The notes beneath the pieces are model-generated. The model was not told where the DNA came from, did not search any database, and was given only the letters and a program-made list of their open reading frames with translations. A DNA stretch of 64,000 bases from Hydrolagus colliei (lineage: Eukaryota): positions 8,246,001 to 8,310,000 of the forward strand of contig CM068752.1 in the NCBI GenBank assembly GCA_035084275.1. The letters are read 5' to 3'. This document shows, piece by piece, positions 36,514 through 49,762 of the stretch. The position numbers and the translations under genes are program-made. Position 1 is the stretch's first letter. Every line of letters starts with the position of its first letter.

Positions 36514-38988
36514 ATGGCTTGTTGGATGGATCATGGGGTGTCACGCTGGCAAGCCCTGTATTTTATTCTGATCTACGTTTCGGATTGTGTTTGCGGAGAC
36601 ATCCGTTACTCGATTCCCGAAGAGTTAGACCGTGGGGCCTTTGTGGGAAATGTCGCCAAAGATTTGGGATTGAACGTGAAACGGCTGGGCGCCCGCAAGT
36701 TCCGGATTGTGGCCGATCACGGGAAACAATACCTGGGTGTGGATGGACAAGGGGGGACATTGTTCGTTGATGAGAGAATCGACAGGGAGCGGCTGTGTGA
36801 ACAAAGCCTGGCTAAGTGCGTGTTGGAGATGGAGGCTGTGGTTGAAAATCCCCTCCATCTGTACCGTGTTGAGGTTGAGATTGTGGACGTGAACGACAAC
36901 TCACCGGAGTTTCAAGGCAGCGAGTTTCGCTTAGAAATCTCGGAGACGACTGTCCCCGGAGCTCGCTTTCGGCTCCAGAAAGCGCACGACCCCGACTCGG
37001 GTACCAACAGCGTCCGCTCCTATCACCTGAGCGACAATGATCACTTCTATTTGGAACTACAGACTGAGAGCGAACAGGGAGTCATCCCGGAGTTAGTCCT
37101 TCAACGGCCGTTGGACCGAGAGGAACAGCCGACTCATCAATTAACGCTGACTGCAGTTGATGGCGGGATCCCAGAAAGATCCGGAAGCACCCGTATAGTT
37201 ATCAACGTCTTTGATGTCAATGATAACTCGCCCGTTTTCGATCAGGACGTCTATCAGGTCACCACCACCGAAAACTTGCCCAAAGGTTATTTAATAGTGA
37301 AAGTGAATGCGATAGACGTGGACGAAGGCTCGAACGGTCAGGTAATCTATTCCTTTGGCGACTACACGCCGGACAGAGTGCGCAAACTGTTTCACTTGGA
37401 CTCTCAAGCCGGGGAGATCACTGTAACTGGCGCGTTAGACTTTGAACAAGCCAAGGAGTATGATATTTCAATACAAGCTAAAGACATGGGTCCAGCCGCG
37501 GAGCCAGTGTACTGCAAAGTTCTAGTGAAGGTCACGGATGTTAATGATAACAGCCCAGAAATATTGCTAACCTCGCTTTCAGGTCCCATCCAAGAGGACG
37601 CGGCCGTGGGAACGGTGTTGGCTCTTTTTAAAGCAACGGACAGGGATTCTGAAGAGAGAGGGAACGTTTATTGTCACATTAGCCCAAACATCCCCTTTAA
37701 GCTGGAAAGCTCATTTAATAACTATTACACGGTGGTGCTGAATGGTCCGCTTGATCGGGAGCAAGTGGCCGACTACAATGTGACCATGACATGCAGGGAT
37801 GGCGGATCGCCTCCCCTCTCCGCCAACCAAACCATCGCGGTTCAGGTCTCGGATACAAACGATAACGCGCCACGCTTTACGCAGCCAGCGTTCACCGTGT
37901 ACTTAATGGAGAATAACGCCGTGGATACGTCCATTGGCTCTGTCTCCGCTTTCGACCCAGATTTCAGCGAGAACAGCAGGCTGCGGTACTTTATTCTGGA
38001 CAACACCATCCAGGAAATGCCTGTCTCTACACTCCTCCTCCTCCATCCGGACAGTGGAGTCCTGTCAGCGCAACGCTCCTTCGACTACGAGCGCCTCAAG
38101 ACTTTTGCCGTTAACGTGGGAGTCAGCGATGGCGGGTCGCCTCCTCTCAGTAGTAACGCCACTGTGAATGTGGTCATCGTGGATCGGAATGACAATATCC
38201 CTGTCATCGTATCACCCCCTTCGAGTCCCACATTCCCAGCAGAGGAGACGATGCCTTGGTCCTCTGATCCCGGTTATCTAGTTACCAAGGTTACAGCCAC
38301 AGACGCCGATTCGGCGGAAAACGCCCAACTCACCTACCTGCTTCTTCACCCAACAGACACAAGCCTCTTCACTGTGGCTCCACAGACGGGAGAAATCTGG
38401 ACCATCCGGAATTTGGCCAACAAAGACTCTCTCCAGCAGAAACTCGTGGTCCTTGTAAGGGACGACGGAAAGCCACCCTTATCATCCACAGTCACCATCA
38501 ACGTGGCGGTGCTGACTGATGGAACCGTACATCTATCTGGTGCCACCGCGTTGGGAAACCCGGGACTCTGGACCACTAATTTAAGATTTTATTTAATCAT
38601 ATCGTTTGGCACAATCTCATTTATTTTTCTGTTGGTTATAATTATCCTCGGGGTTAAGGTGCACAGGGGTAGGAGTGGTGATGGCGATTACACCAGGTGT
38701 CTTTTGGGCGCCATACTCTGCTGCGAGCGGGGAAATTCGCCGCACGGAATTCAAAAGGCTAGTGTAAATATTCAAAGGCAACCAAATTACCCAGAGGTTT
38801 ACGAGAGCGAGGCTTTTACTCAAACATTACGCTATGGTGTGTGTCCAACTTTAGATTTGCCCATGAATGATTTAATGTTTCTGAAGTTGTACGGGTCAGC
38901 TGCCCCCACGATCAATGTCAAAACGGGAACTTGTATGGCGAGTGACACTGGGAAGGCATCAAATTCTGCAGCCACTGATTTCCTTGAG
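36514..38988 (+). CDS. Clustered protocadherin variable exon V2, 825 codons
   Basis: Signal peptide, DIRYSIPEE, six EC repeats, TM FYLIISFGTISFIFLLVIIILGV, donor GAG|GTGAGA. Confidence 0.95.
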
Positions 38989-40039
38989 GTGAGACCAGAG
39001 ATATAAAAATAAGTGTAATGTTTCCCTCAATGCATACACACTACAACAGGTTAAACTGTCTAACATTCTGACGTTTTGACTAAGTTGCTCAAACGGAAGT
39101 ATGCAATTCCAGAGTCATACCAAATTATTGAGAGTTTAGGAATCGTATGATTAAATTACGAATAGAAATGCCAATTTCTTGGTTATATCAATTATTTCTA
39201 TATTTGAATATAAATCAATCAATGATTTATCTTCCGTATTTACAAAATTCAGCAAAAGCTGCTGTAAATATAAATTCTATCTAGTGATCAGCCGGTGCTA
39301 ACTCCAAACGGCAACCCACACGGATGTTCCAAATCCAGTCTGTATTGAATCTCATTCTACATCGTTAAAAGAAAAATAGTTGAGTTAAAATATTAACATA
39401 AATATTAAATAGAACTCCCCCCACCCCTCACCCATTTGTTAGCATCTAATATTGGATGTTTTGAAAAAGTTTAGCGAATCTGTCTATTGTAATAACCTGG
39501 TGAACACTATGTAATTATTTGTCGAGGGGAAGCTTCATTAGATGAATAGCTTTAATCCCAGAACCACTTAGTCTTGTATTTTAATTGATTTAGTCCCTAT
39601 CCACAAGCTGGCAAACAGTATCTGACCGTATCCAGCATTGTGCATCACTATCCTTGTTTAACCATTATCACTGTGGTTGTACTTGAAATGAAATTCATTC
39701 AAACTAAAATTTGACAGCCTCGGGAGTAACATATCAGTTCTGAAAGTAATTCGCTGCAGTTACGAGATTTAGTGATGAAACAATAAACTAAAATAACTGG
39801 AGTGGGTATGTAATCATGGTTGTTTATATGTGGCAAGTAGTCTTGGCGAAGCAATTGTTTGCAGATGTTTTACAGCCAAAGTCATACTTTCAGAAATATT
39901 GGTGTTTATTTTTTCTGTTTGTCTTGGTTATTTATCCCTCATATTATTTCTTCTCGTCTGCTCTACAAAGCTCATTCGTTACAAGAACTCAAATGTCCAC
40001 TACAATTCATAGGGTTTCAGTGAAAGTTGAGTAAGTTCC

Positions 40040-40185
40040 AATACTGATGTGGATAGATTTTTCTTAAGTCAGATTGTCAGGGGATGGAGCAAAGGTGGAT
40101 AAATTGAGGTGAGGTACACATTGGTCATGATCCAAGAGAATGGTTGAACAGGCTTGAGGGGCTGAATCGCCTATTGCTGTTCCTA
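40040..40185 (+). mobile_element. CR1 3' end fragment
   Basis: GGATAGATTT...CATGATC...GAATGG..GAACAGGCTTGAGGGGCTGAAT.GCCTATTGCTGTTCCTA. Confidence 0.7.
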
Positions 40186-40544
40186 AATTCCAAATGTGAG
40201 TGAATGGAGCTACTTATATATATATAATATATATTGTATATGTCAATTGTAGTGAAGATATCGCTTTAATATTCAAACCAGAGTGATAACCTACACCTAT
40301 GTACATCTAGGTACACTGAGAAACAACAAATTTGTTTCAGAATAGGAATCAGACTTTGGGGACAATTTCTGCGAACAAATTACATTAAGATATCCCCCCC
40401 CCCACCCCCCCACCCCCGCAGATCCCTATTGAACAAATCATTCATTTTACGTTCCTTTACGTCAATGAACTAAAAAAAAGTGTAAGTTCCAGAGCAATCA
40501 ACCACATCACCACAGTACCAATTGATCTCAACCTGGTCAACATG

Positions 40545-40631
40545 GCTTTAAGAACCGCAGCGTGTGGTTACTGGACTGGGCTGATCATTGCTCTGTGCAC
40601 CAAAGAGGATCTGAGCTGCGTGCCCAGATAC
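40545..40631 (+). promoter_or_regulatory. Degenerate variable-exon promoter module (V3)
   Basis: GCTTTAAGAA-N16-CTGG-N24-ACCAAA-N22-GATAC: spacing is kept but both CCAAT boxes are mutated. Confidence 0.6.
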
Positions 40632-40905
40632 ATTCAGTCCCAAGCCGGAATAAAGTCAACAACATACTGTTACCAGAGCGCATTCTTTCACGTATTTTGC
40701 ACAGGGAACGGATTGACTGGTATGTTCCCGAAGACAGAGTCAGCCATTCCAACAAGGTGTGTCTCGTATGAGTTTGTATGTATGTGAGGTTCGTTTTATT
40801 CACTGAAAAATTGATTTGCCTATAAGACTTAACAATTATCCAGCTGCCAATTATCTAGCTGGTCTGGGAACATATTCACCTACCTTATTTTTTGTTCTGT
40901 TCGCG

Positions 40906-43235
40906 ATGGAAACCCAGCAGTGGGAACGATTTTGGGTTGTAAAGTGGCAAGTGATTCCTTTATTCTTTTCTTGTGTGAAAATTCTGGTGTGCGGACAGTT
41001 TCGATATTCGATTCCCGAAGAGCTGGGTGAGGGTGCCTTTGTTGCAAACATCGCTGCCGATTTGGGTCTCGACTCGGCCAAACTGTCCAGCCTGCGATTG
41101 CACACCGCGTCCGGATCGAGAAAGCAATATTTCAACGTTGACACGGAAACCGGGATATTATCTGCATGTGAACGACTTGACAGAGAGGAGCTGTGTGGAC
41201 CGATGCACAGCTGTGTTATGCATATTGACGCTGTCCTTCAAAACCCTCCGGAACTCTATCGCCTGGCAGTGGAGATCCTGGACGTGAATGACAATCCGCC
41301 CACTTTCATGAACAGCCAAATCAGGTTAAATATTCTCGAATCGGCTTTACCTGGCACTCGTTTCCCGCTGGACGGCGCGCACGATCCGGATGTGGGTCCG
41401 AATTCGATGTACACCTACCAGCTCAGCAAACACGAACACTTCGTTCTGGGTGTACAGGCTCTGGCTGGTGGGAATATGTTTCCGGAATTATTGCTGGAGA
41501 AACCTCTGGATCGAGAGAGGGTTCTCGTCCATCAGTTGCTGTTGACGGCTGTCGACGGTGGGACCCCAACAGCGAGATCCGGGACAGTCCAAATTATTAC
41601 CACCGTCCTGGATGTTAACGACAACGTGCCGGTGTTTGATCGGTCGGTTTACGAAGTCATTCTGAGAGAAAACGTACCACTGGGTACAATGATAACTATA
41701 CTAAATGCCACCGATTTGGATGAAGGTTCAAACGGTGAAATCGTTTATTCATATTCGAGCCGTACAGCGGATCAGGTCCGCGAGGCTTTCAACCTTGACT
41801 CCCAAACCGGGAAGATCAGAGTGAAAGCCAATGTGGATTTTGAAGAAGCCCATTTTTACGAGATGTACGTGCAGGCCATGGATGTCCCAGGCGCTGGTCC
41901 ATCCCAATGTAAAGTTCTGGTGACTATCACTGATGCGAACGACAACGTCCCGGAAGTGATATTGACCTCGGTGACCTCGGTGACCCAGAAAATGCATTTT
42001 CGGGCTCTGTAGTAGATCTAATATGTGTCACCGACCGTGACGCGGGGGACAACGGTCAGGTGTCCTGCCGGATCGCCAACAACCTCCCTTTCAAACTGTT
42101 CTCCACTGTGAACGGCTATTACAAGTTGATGACCGATGGTCCATTGGATCGTGAGCTGGTGTCTGAATACAACATCACGATCATAGCTTGGGACATGGGC
42201 TCCCCTTCTCTTTCAGTCAATAAAAACATCCTGCTCGAGGTTTCCGACGTCAACGACAACATCCCGCAATTTGAGACATCACCGTGCACCGTCCACTTGA
42301 TGGAGAACAACGCGGTTGGGGCTGTGATCCACTCGGTGAGAGCCATTGATCCCGATTCCAATCAGAATGCTCAATTGACCTATTCCATCCTGGAAAATGA
42401 TGACTCGAACGACACCTCCATCTTCAAATTCGTTTCTATCAATTCGGCCACTGGTGACCTTTACGCGCAACATTCGTTTGACTACGAACACGTGAAAAAT
42501 CTTCAGTTCCACGTTCACGTCCAGGATGGCGGGTCGCCAGCCCTCGGCAGCAACGTGTCCGTGGGTCTAATCATCCTGGATCAGAATGACAATACCCCAG
42601 TGATAGTATCGCCGCGGCCAAATCCAGAGTCCACCTTTGTGAGAGAAACAATGCCAAGGTCGGCTGACCCTGGTTACATGGTGGCGAAGGTGAGTGCGGT
42701 CGACTCGGATACCCACGCAAATGCGCGGCTCACCTACCGCCTGCTGCGGAGAATGGATGCGACTCTGTTTGCCGTGTCCGCCGAAACGGGTGAAATCTGG
42801 ACAATTCGGCGTTTCGATGCCAAAGATCCATCCAAGCTGAAACTAGGTATTCTGGTGACTGATCACGGCCAACCTCCCCTCTCGACCACACTGACAATCA
42901 CTGTCACGGTGTTGGACAGTGTCAAGGACGCCCTGTCAGGCGGTAGCGGCTGGATTGGACTTCTCGATTTTTCCAGTGATACATTTTTGCATTTAATTAT
43001 ATCCCTGGGATCAATTTCCCTTGTTCTCCTGCTGGCTATCATCGTCCTTGTTGTCACTGTGTGGCGCAAGTGTGGCTGCTGTTCGTCTGCTCAATGTTGT
43101 GGTCCCAAATTGACATATTCAATACCCGTAGCTCAAGCCACAACACTCCCTTACTCGTCCTCCAATGCTAACGCATCATCGAATCAGCTCGATAACTCTA
43201 TGGCCAGTCAAAATTCTTATGACTTTGAATTGTAG
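40906..43235 (+). pseudogene. Protocadherin variable exon V3, disrupted (1-bp frameshift, stop without splice donor)
   Basis: ORF 40816-42012 covers EC1-3 and ORF 42060-43235 covers EC4-6 plus TM; adding one C at CCC 41984-41986 restores LTSVTSVTPENA; ends in TAG at 43235 with no GTGAG donor. Confidence 0.75.
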
Positions 43236-43850
43236 GTGTATTCGTGATTTCATATGATTATCATTCTGATGCACGAAACGTATTTGCTAATACGCTTACA
43301 CATGGAATCCTACTTCTATGTACAGTATAACCAAATGGGCTCGACACTGAACAGCTGATGTTTGTGAAACATTCAATCGAAACTTGATCTTTTGCGGCAC
43401 CAACAGATAGAAGCGTTTAAATCGAAACTTGTATAATGAACCATAAAACTATGATTGAAATTCCTCTGGGACTCAATACTCTCAAATACTTAATCTGGAG
43501 GAGTACGCTTGCATTTTCGTATGGAGGAATAAGTATTTTAATGGCTGCGTGAAGTGATTCTTACTTAAAGGATATGGCTTCGATATTGGTGTCAATCTCC
43601 ATGCGTAATCGTGGGCTAACTGTCTTTCAAGGATATCCGCACAATATAAAATGACACATATGACACTTGTGATGTAAGTTTTGTTTTTCTAGGACGTCCC
43701 ATCCTAATCCTTCAGACCGACTGCTACTTTGAAAGGTCGCCAAGACGTGACATTCTTGGCTAGGAATCAGTTTCAAATGTGTCGGGAAAACAAGCTCCGA
43801 GAATTATTAATAATAATAATGATAAATGGAGAACCTCGTGGGATCACGAG

Positions 43851-43889
43851 CCCCCCCTTCCCCCCCCCCCCCCACCCCCCCCCCCCCCC
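43851..43889. repeat. Poly-C tract (G-quadruplex potential on the minus strand)
   Basis: Direct reading; a similar tract lies at 40394-40417. Confidence 0.85.
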
Positions 43890-44820
43890 AGAATCTTTGG
43901 ACATGTTTTCAAAGCTGTCGATAGTTTAGTCTAGGCGGACGGCAAAGCTTGTGCCAATCCTATTGTAGCTTTACGCACCAATACAGTTCTGTTCAGCACA
44001 TGGCAATGAAAAGATCTCAGTGCAGCACATGAGGTGAAAATTAATGAAAATCGCTTGGTTCCTGCCAGATGGCAATCTCTGCAACACAGCAGACACACAA
44101 TCTGACGCACAGTCGTCTATCACTTAACAACCATAACTAACAACCACAGAAAAATCATAACAGATGAACTACGTGTATAACCCAAGTCAATGTGAGATAC
44201 CAGGAGAAGAGGGAAACTGTGTTCTGCATGTAAGGATTCAAATGTATTCCAAATGAACTCCTGGAATATTTATTAACAGCGAAGCTTGCCATTCTGATTT
44301 TTCTATCTGTGACACGGTTTCCTACACAATATTATTCTTTGGCATTTTCCCGCTTTTGTTTTTACTTGATTTTGGCCATTGATGCATGCAAAAAACTGTA
44401 AAATATGCGACTTGTTCGCTGGTTGCAACTCTATGTTTTGTAATTTATTTGTTCACCATATTCCACTAGCTGTATCCCTACTTGAATGCAATTACTGGCT
44501 CGCCAGTGACGACGTGTATAAATAAACCTCTGGACATATAGCTGGCTGTTTCTGTGTTCTGCAGTTTGTTTTATCTGAGGACCAAACCATAAATATTCAC
44601 TATTGAAGCTGAATGCCATTTGTAGCTGGCCTATTAGTTTTGCTGTGCTGATCATCGATGCTTAGTTTTGACGAGACACTCTCATGCTTTAACGCTGCGT
44701 AAAGTTGTCCCTGGACGCATCTATCTGTGATGTTTGCAACACACATTTTTGTCAGAAATTTGGTTCGGTCTTAAAATACGGATGGTGCATGTATATGAGT
44801 TGAGCAATAATGAGTGAGTG

Positions 44821-44883
44821 AGGGGTGGGGGGGGGGGGGGGGGGGGTGGGGGGGTGGCGGGGGGGGGGGGGGGCGGAGAGGGG
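44821..44883. repeat. Poly-G tract (G-quadruplex potential)
   Basis: ~60 bp nearly pure G. Confidence 0.85.
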
Positions 44884-45280
44884 ATTCAATGTACGTCTCT
44901 TTGTTATGTGTTGATTGTAAATAATCTTGGCATTTTCGAAGAAATGCAGGTATCTTTGCTACATTATAGTTGCAACAAATAGGGCATAAAATTAAGAAAG
45001 TTTCGCTGCAATTCTGAATGGTGGCGGGTAGTGCTAAAACAATTGGAACGTATTAGTCTACAAATAAATTAAGCAGGTGCTAACATGATCAGTTTATTAT
45101 CGTACGGGTACTCTAGTTGTTTGACATGTTGATTATTTCCTTCTCTAACTCTTTCCTTCTGAATTTAGGGGAGTGTCACTTTACAGACAGATTCTGCTGC
45201 AAATGGCTTTCTCACCACGTGTCTTTCTGATTGAATCTGAGCAGAGGACGCAGCGTTTGGATACACATTTGGGCCAAATC

Positions 45281-45525
45281 CACGTTTGTTTATGGGTCAC
45301 TGTTGTGCGCAATTAGCTGCTGCATTTCGCCTACAAAACATACAGTCAATTCACTTTGCACAACATTCTGTGAACATATTGAAACATGTCATCGACCAGA
45401 TAAAGCCTGTATCAAATTCAATGATTATTGTTATTATTATAACTAAAATGGCATATGGTCAAAGCAATCAACAATAACAACAAAATTACACTTGTATAGC
45501 GCCTTTCAAGTCGAGAGGACGACCC
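45281..45525. mobile_element. Deu-like SINE 3' half (+) facing an L2 tail fragment (-)
   Basis: TGTGCGCAATTAGCTGCTGCATTTCGCCTACAAAACATACAGTC...(ATT)n; then ACAACAAAATTACACTTGTATAGCGCCTTTC. Confidence 0.7.
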
Positions 45526-45799
45526 AATCAACTCGAAGAATGCGGTATTAAGATGAACCTACTATTTAATTACATTTAATTTATTTAGGTTACCATCAAT
45601 GTACTTTAGCTCTATTTATTCTTTCTTTAAAAGTTCTGGAAATCTAGTGAATTGCAGTAAATTCGATAGCGACTCACAGTTCCAACTCATTTTAATACAA
45701 GCCGAAAAAGATAAATGGAAAAAAATGGAATTCAAAAAAACATTTTAGTTGCACAACCATAATTGCACGGCTGCCTGCAGAGGGTTTAGGGGCTATCCA

Positions 45800-45920
45800 G
45801 CTTTAAGAAACATGAAGCAACCTGGTTGGTTGAGTCTGTGAGTGGCGACATCCACCAATAAACGCATTGGTCTGTGGCTGGTGATCCACACTCCCTCCTC
45901 TTCACCAGCATTCAACAATG
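45800..45920 (+). promoter_or_regulatory. Variable-exon promoter module (V4)
   Basis: GCTTTAAGAA-N16-TTGG-N24-ACCAAT-N23-GATCC; TTGCACAACCATAA at ~45749. Confidence 0.78.
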
Positions 45921-46163
45921 GGAAATCGAAATACAGGCTGAGTGAGATGGTGAGAGGACAGGATATGTAATCGTATGGACTTCTGAAGGGAATATCAACA
46001 TCTACCAGAACAATATTAGCCACTGAAATTTGTCAAATAAGGATATTTTGTTTATTTAAAAGAAAGCTACACTCGTAAGACGGTTTCATAAGGATGTAAA
46101 TCACCGAATTACCGAACAAAGCGGTGTGTCCTGCTCAAGCGATCACATGTATGGACAGTGGCG

Positions 46164-48590
46164 ATGGTCTGTTTCAAAAGGTATTGGATGTTTTTCTGGC
46201 TATTGCATTCGATGTTCTTATTCTGGGATTCGGTGACCGCACAGATTCGTTATTCGATTCCGGAAGAGCTGCAAACTGGGGCCTTTGTGGGGAATCTCGC
46301 CCACGATTTAAGGTTAGACGTAAAGGAGATTTCGACTCGCGGTCTGAGGATTGTCTCGGGTGCCAGGCAGCAGAATTTGGATGTCAATTTAGACAATGGA
46401 TATTTGTTTATCAAAGAAAAAATAGACAGGGAACAGCTCTGTGGGCCGAGTGTCGCTTGTGTGCTGTCTTTCGAGGCCGTGCTCCACAATCCCCTCAATT
46501 TATACCACGTCGAAGTGGAGATTTTGGATGTAAACGACAACGCGCCCAGTTTCCCAAACAGCCAATTCCGCCTAGAAATCCCAGAGGCGGCGGCACTAGG
46601 AGCTCGTTTCCAGCTGGAGTCGGCCTATGATCCAGATGTCGGTAGCAACTCCCTGCAGTCCTACCGACTGGTATCGAACGATTTCTTCACTCTGGATGTG
46701 CAGACGCGCAGCCGGGATGAGAAAGTGCCCGTGTTAGTGCTGGAAAAGCCCCTGGATAGGGAAAAGGCACCGAGCCACAGGTTAGTGTTGATCGCTGAGG
46801 ATGGCGGGGTTCCTCGGAGGTCAGGGACTGTACAAATAACGATCATAGTGGAGGATGCCAACGACAACGAGCCGGTTTTCCCTGAGTCGGATTTTACAGT
46901 CAGTCTGTCAGAGAACGCGCCCAAAGGAACCCTGGTGATGACACTGAACGCCACTGATCTGGATGAAGGTGCAAATGGAGAGATAGTTTACTCGTTCAGC
47001 CCCCTCACGACTGCTATGGTGCGGGAACTGTTTGATTTGGATTCTCAAAGTGGCGAACTCAGAGTTAAAGGGAGTTTAGATTATGAGGAAAATAATATGT
47101 TTCAGATTAATGTGCAAGCGAAGGATAGAGGTCCTCATGCCACTCAGGTTTACTGTGATGTCTTAGTGAACATTGTAGATGTGAATGACAACGCACCCCA
47201 GGTGACCCTGACCTCTTTGTCCAGTCCAGTGCGAGAAGATGCTTTGCCCGGGACAGTGGTGGCTTTGATCAGTGCGACTGACAAAGATTCGGGACAAAAT
47301 GGACAGGTGCAATGTGAAATCGGGAAGGACGTTCCTTTTAAACTTGACTCATCCTTGAAAAACTATTACAGATTGCTGACTCGGCAGCCGCTGGATCGTG
47401 AGAATGTCTCCAATTATAATGTAACCATCACTTGTCGGGATAGAGGAAGCCCGCCTCTGGTAACCAATAAAATCATTCAGATGGAGGTTTCAGATATCAA
47501 CGATAACGCACCACGCTTTTCACGGCCTTTATACAGAGCCCAAGTGATGGAGAACAATTTGGTTGGCGTTTCCATATTCTCCATAACTGCTTTCGATCCG
47601 GATTTGAACCAGAACTCTCGACTCTCCTACTCCATCCTAGAGAGTTTGGTTCAGGGCGAGTCGGTCTTATTGTATGTTCAAATCAACTCTAACTCCGGGG
47701 TCATAGTGGCCCAGAGATCTTTTGATTACGAGCAACTCAAAAAGTTTCAGATCCAAGTGCAGGCTCAGGACAGTGGAGTGCCTCGGTTGATCAGTAACGT
47801 GTCTGTGGATGTCATCATCCTGGACCAGAATGACAACTCTCCAGTTATCGTGTCTCCATTACCAGAGTTTGGCTCAACCGTGACAGAGACTGTATCTCGG
47901 TTGGCAGAGCCAGGCTACCTGGTGGCCAAGGTCTCGGCCATTGACGCTGACACGGGGCAGAATGGGCGTCTGTCTTACCAGATTCTCCAGGCCACTGACC
48001 GTGGGTTTTTCACCATCTCCCCTGACACAGGAGAAATCTGGACCATCCGCAGTGTTAGGGACAGAGATGCCAACAAGCAAAGGCTGGTCATTGTGGTGAA
48101 GGACAATGGATCACCATCGCTGTCAGCCACCATGACCATCATCTTATCGTTGGTGGGAGGTGATACAGAAATGCTCTCCGATAGCAGCGGGGTGTCAGGG
48201 GCCTCGGGGATTCCGTCTGATTTAAGCCTTTACATGGTCGTATCTTTAGGAATTACCTCGACCGTGTTTCTCGTGGTTTTGATTATTCTGGCTGTGAAAG
48301 TCCACAGAAACAGAGATGGTTTTGGCGCCCATTTTCCTTTGCCCCCTCGCTGCTGTTTCGAGTCAAGGAACTCGCTGAATGGAATCCAGAAAGCCAGTAG
48401 GAACATCCAGATACCTCCCAACTACGTTGAGGTATTTGGGGGTGACCCGCTATCTCAGAGGTTTCGCTATGGGACAGGTTCAAGTTTTAATTCAACCAAG
48501 AGGGATTTCGTGTTCTCCAACTGCAGGAGTGAATTGGGAAAAGATAATCGTTGGCAGTCATCAACTGGCAGAAACACTATAAATGGCGAG
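46164..48590 (+). CDS. Clustered protocadherin variable exon V4, 809 codons
   Basis: ATG 46164, QIRYSIPEE, six EC repeats, TM, NSLNGIQKASRNIQIPPNYVEVFGGDPLSQ, donor GAG|GTGAGA. Confidence 0.95.
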
Positions 48591-49569
48591 GTGAGATTGT
48601 TCTTGGGAAGTCTTACAGACTTGAACGGCGCTATACAAATGTAATTTGTTTTTGTTTATCTAGTAAACAGTCGTAGATTTATTTGATATGGCTTTATGCA
48701 AATCTAAATTGAGCTTAAGAACGATTGAGTATTTTGAGTCTGTTTTTCTCTCTTTAAGAATTACCTCCATCATATCTCTCCAGCGTTTCAGTATTCTTCC
48801 TGTTAAGGTTCACAGAATTTGAAAATTTGATAATGAAATTTTGATAGTCAAATTTTGGATTGAAAACGTTTTTTTTCGGAATTTGAATAAACAACAGATC
48901 TGAAATCTTGAATGCTTTCTGGTTCTGGTGTTCAAATTCAATCTTTCCTTCCCATATAGATAACACCAAGAAACGTTCAGCACCTTGGAACGTCCTCCCG
49001 ACGTGAAAGATGTTCTATAAATATAATTGTATTGTCCTCGATAATTAAACATCTGTAATGGCAGGCAGTCCCACATAAATGTACGTTAGCGGAAGTTCAG
49101 TTACATGGAGTTAGAAAATAATCATAGATTCTGTTCATAGGTGAGCTAATCCGTGTGATGAAAGATAAAATCATCGTTAATTCCTGAGAGGTAGTTGCTG
49201 ACTTCACAGCTGTCTAATTGCACGTTGTTGTTGTTGATATAACATTGCAGGCATTAGGATATTATTTATGCGTTTATATAGCATTTCTTCCTCTGAGATT
49301 CATCGCAATTATAAGTTGTTGGTTTGGGATACAATTTATAGTAAACTTGAGGACTTTCATCTGCATTTGGCTTCTTGAAAAATAGATCATATGTGTCGAA
49401 CTGAGACCCTCTCTCGATGTGTTCGTGTTCCTACGGAGTTCAATGTGTCGAGGTGATTTGTGGACTGCAAACCTTTTTAATACCGCCCCCTCACCTCAAC
49501 CATCCTCTTCAATCTCAGAAAGTCACAAAAATCATTAGACGTCACATCTCGACCTGTGTTACCTAATCT

Positions 49570-49762
49570 GAAACAAAAACAAAAGTTGCTGGGAAAACTC
49601 AAGCAGGTCAGGCAGCATCCATGGGAAAAGGAAAGTGAGTCAACGTTTCGGGTCCGTTGACTCACGTTGACTCACTTTCCTTTCTCCATGGATACTGCCT
49701 GACCTGCTGAGTTTTCCCAGCAACTTCTGTTTTTCTCTCAGATTTCCAGCATCTGTAGTATG
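49570..49762. repeat. Copy of the palindromic hairpin repeat with a collapsed centre
   Basis: GTTGCTGGGAAAACTC..GCAGGTCAGGCAGCATCCATGG ... CCATGGATACTGCCTGACCTGCTGAGTTTTCCCAGCAAC; left arm retains GTCAACGTTTCGGGTC. Confidence 0.8.

Noticed and set aside
48976-48996. TTCAGCACCTTGGAACG as a canonical RE1 site
   Set aside because: Right half-site (GGACAG) is mismatched and the sequence is an L2 tail remnant
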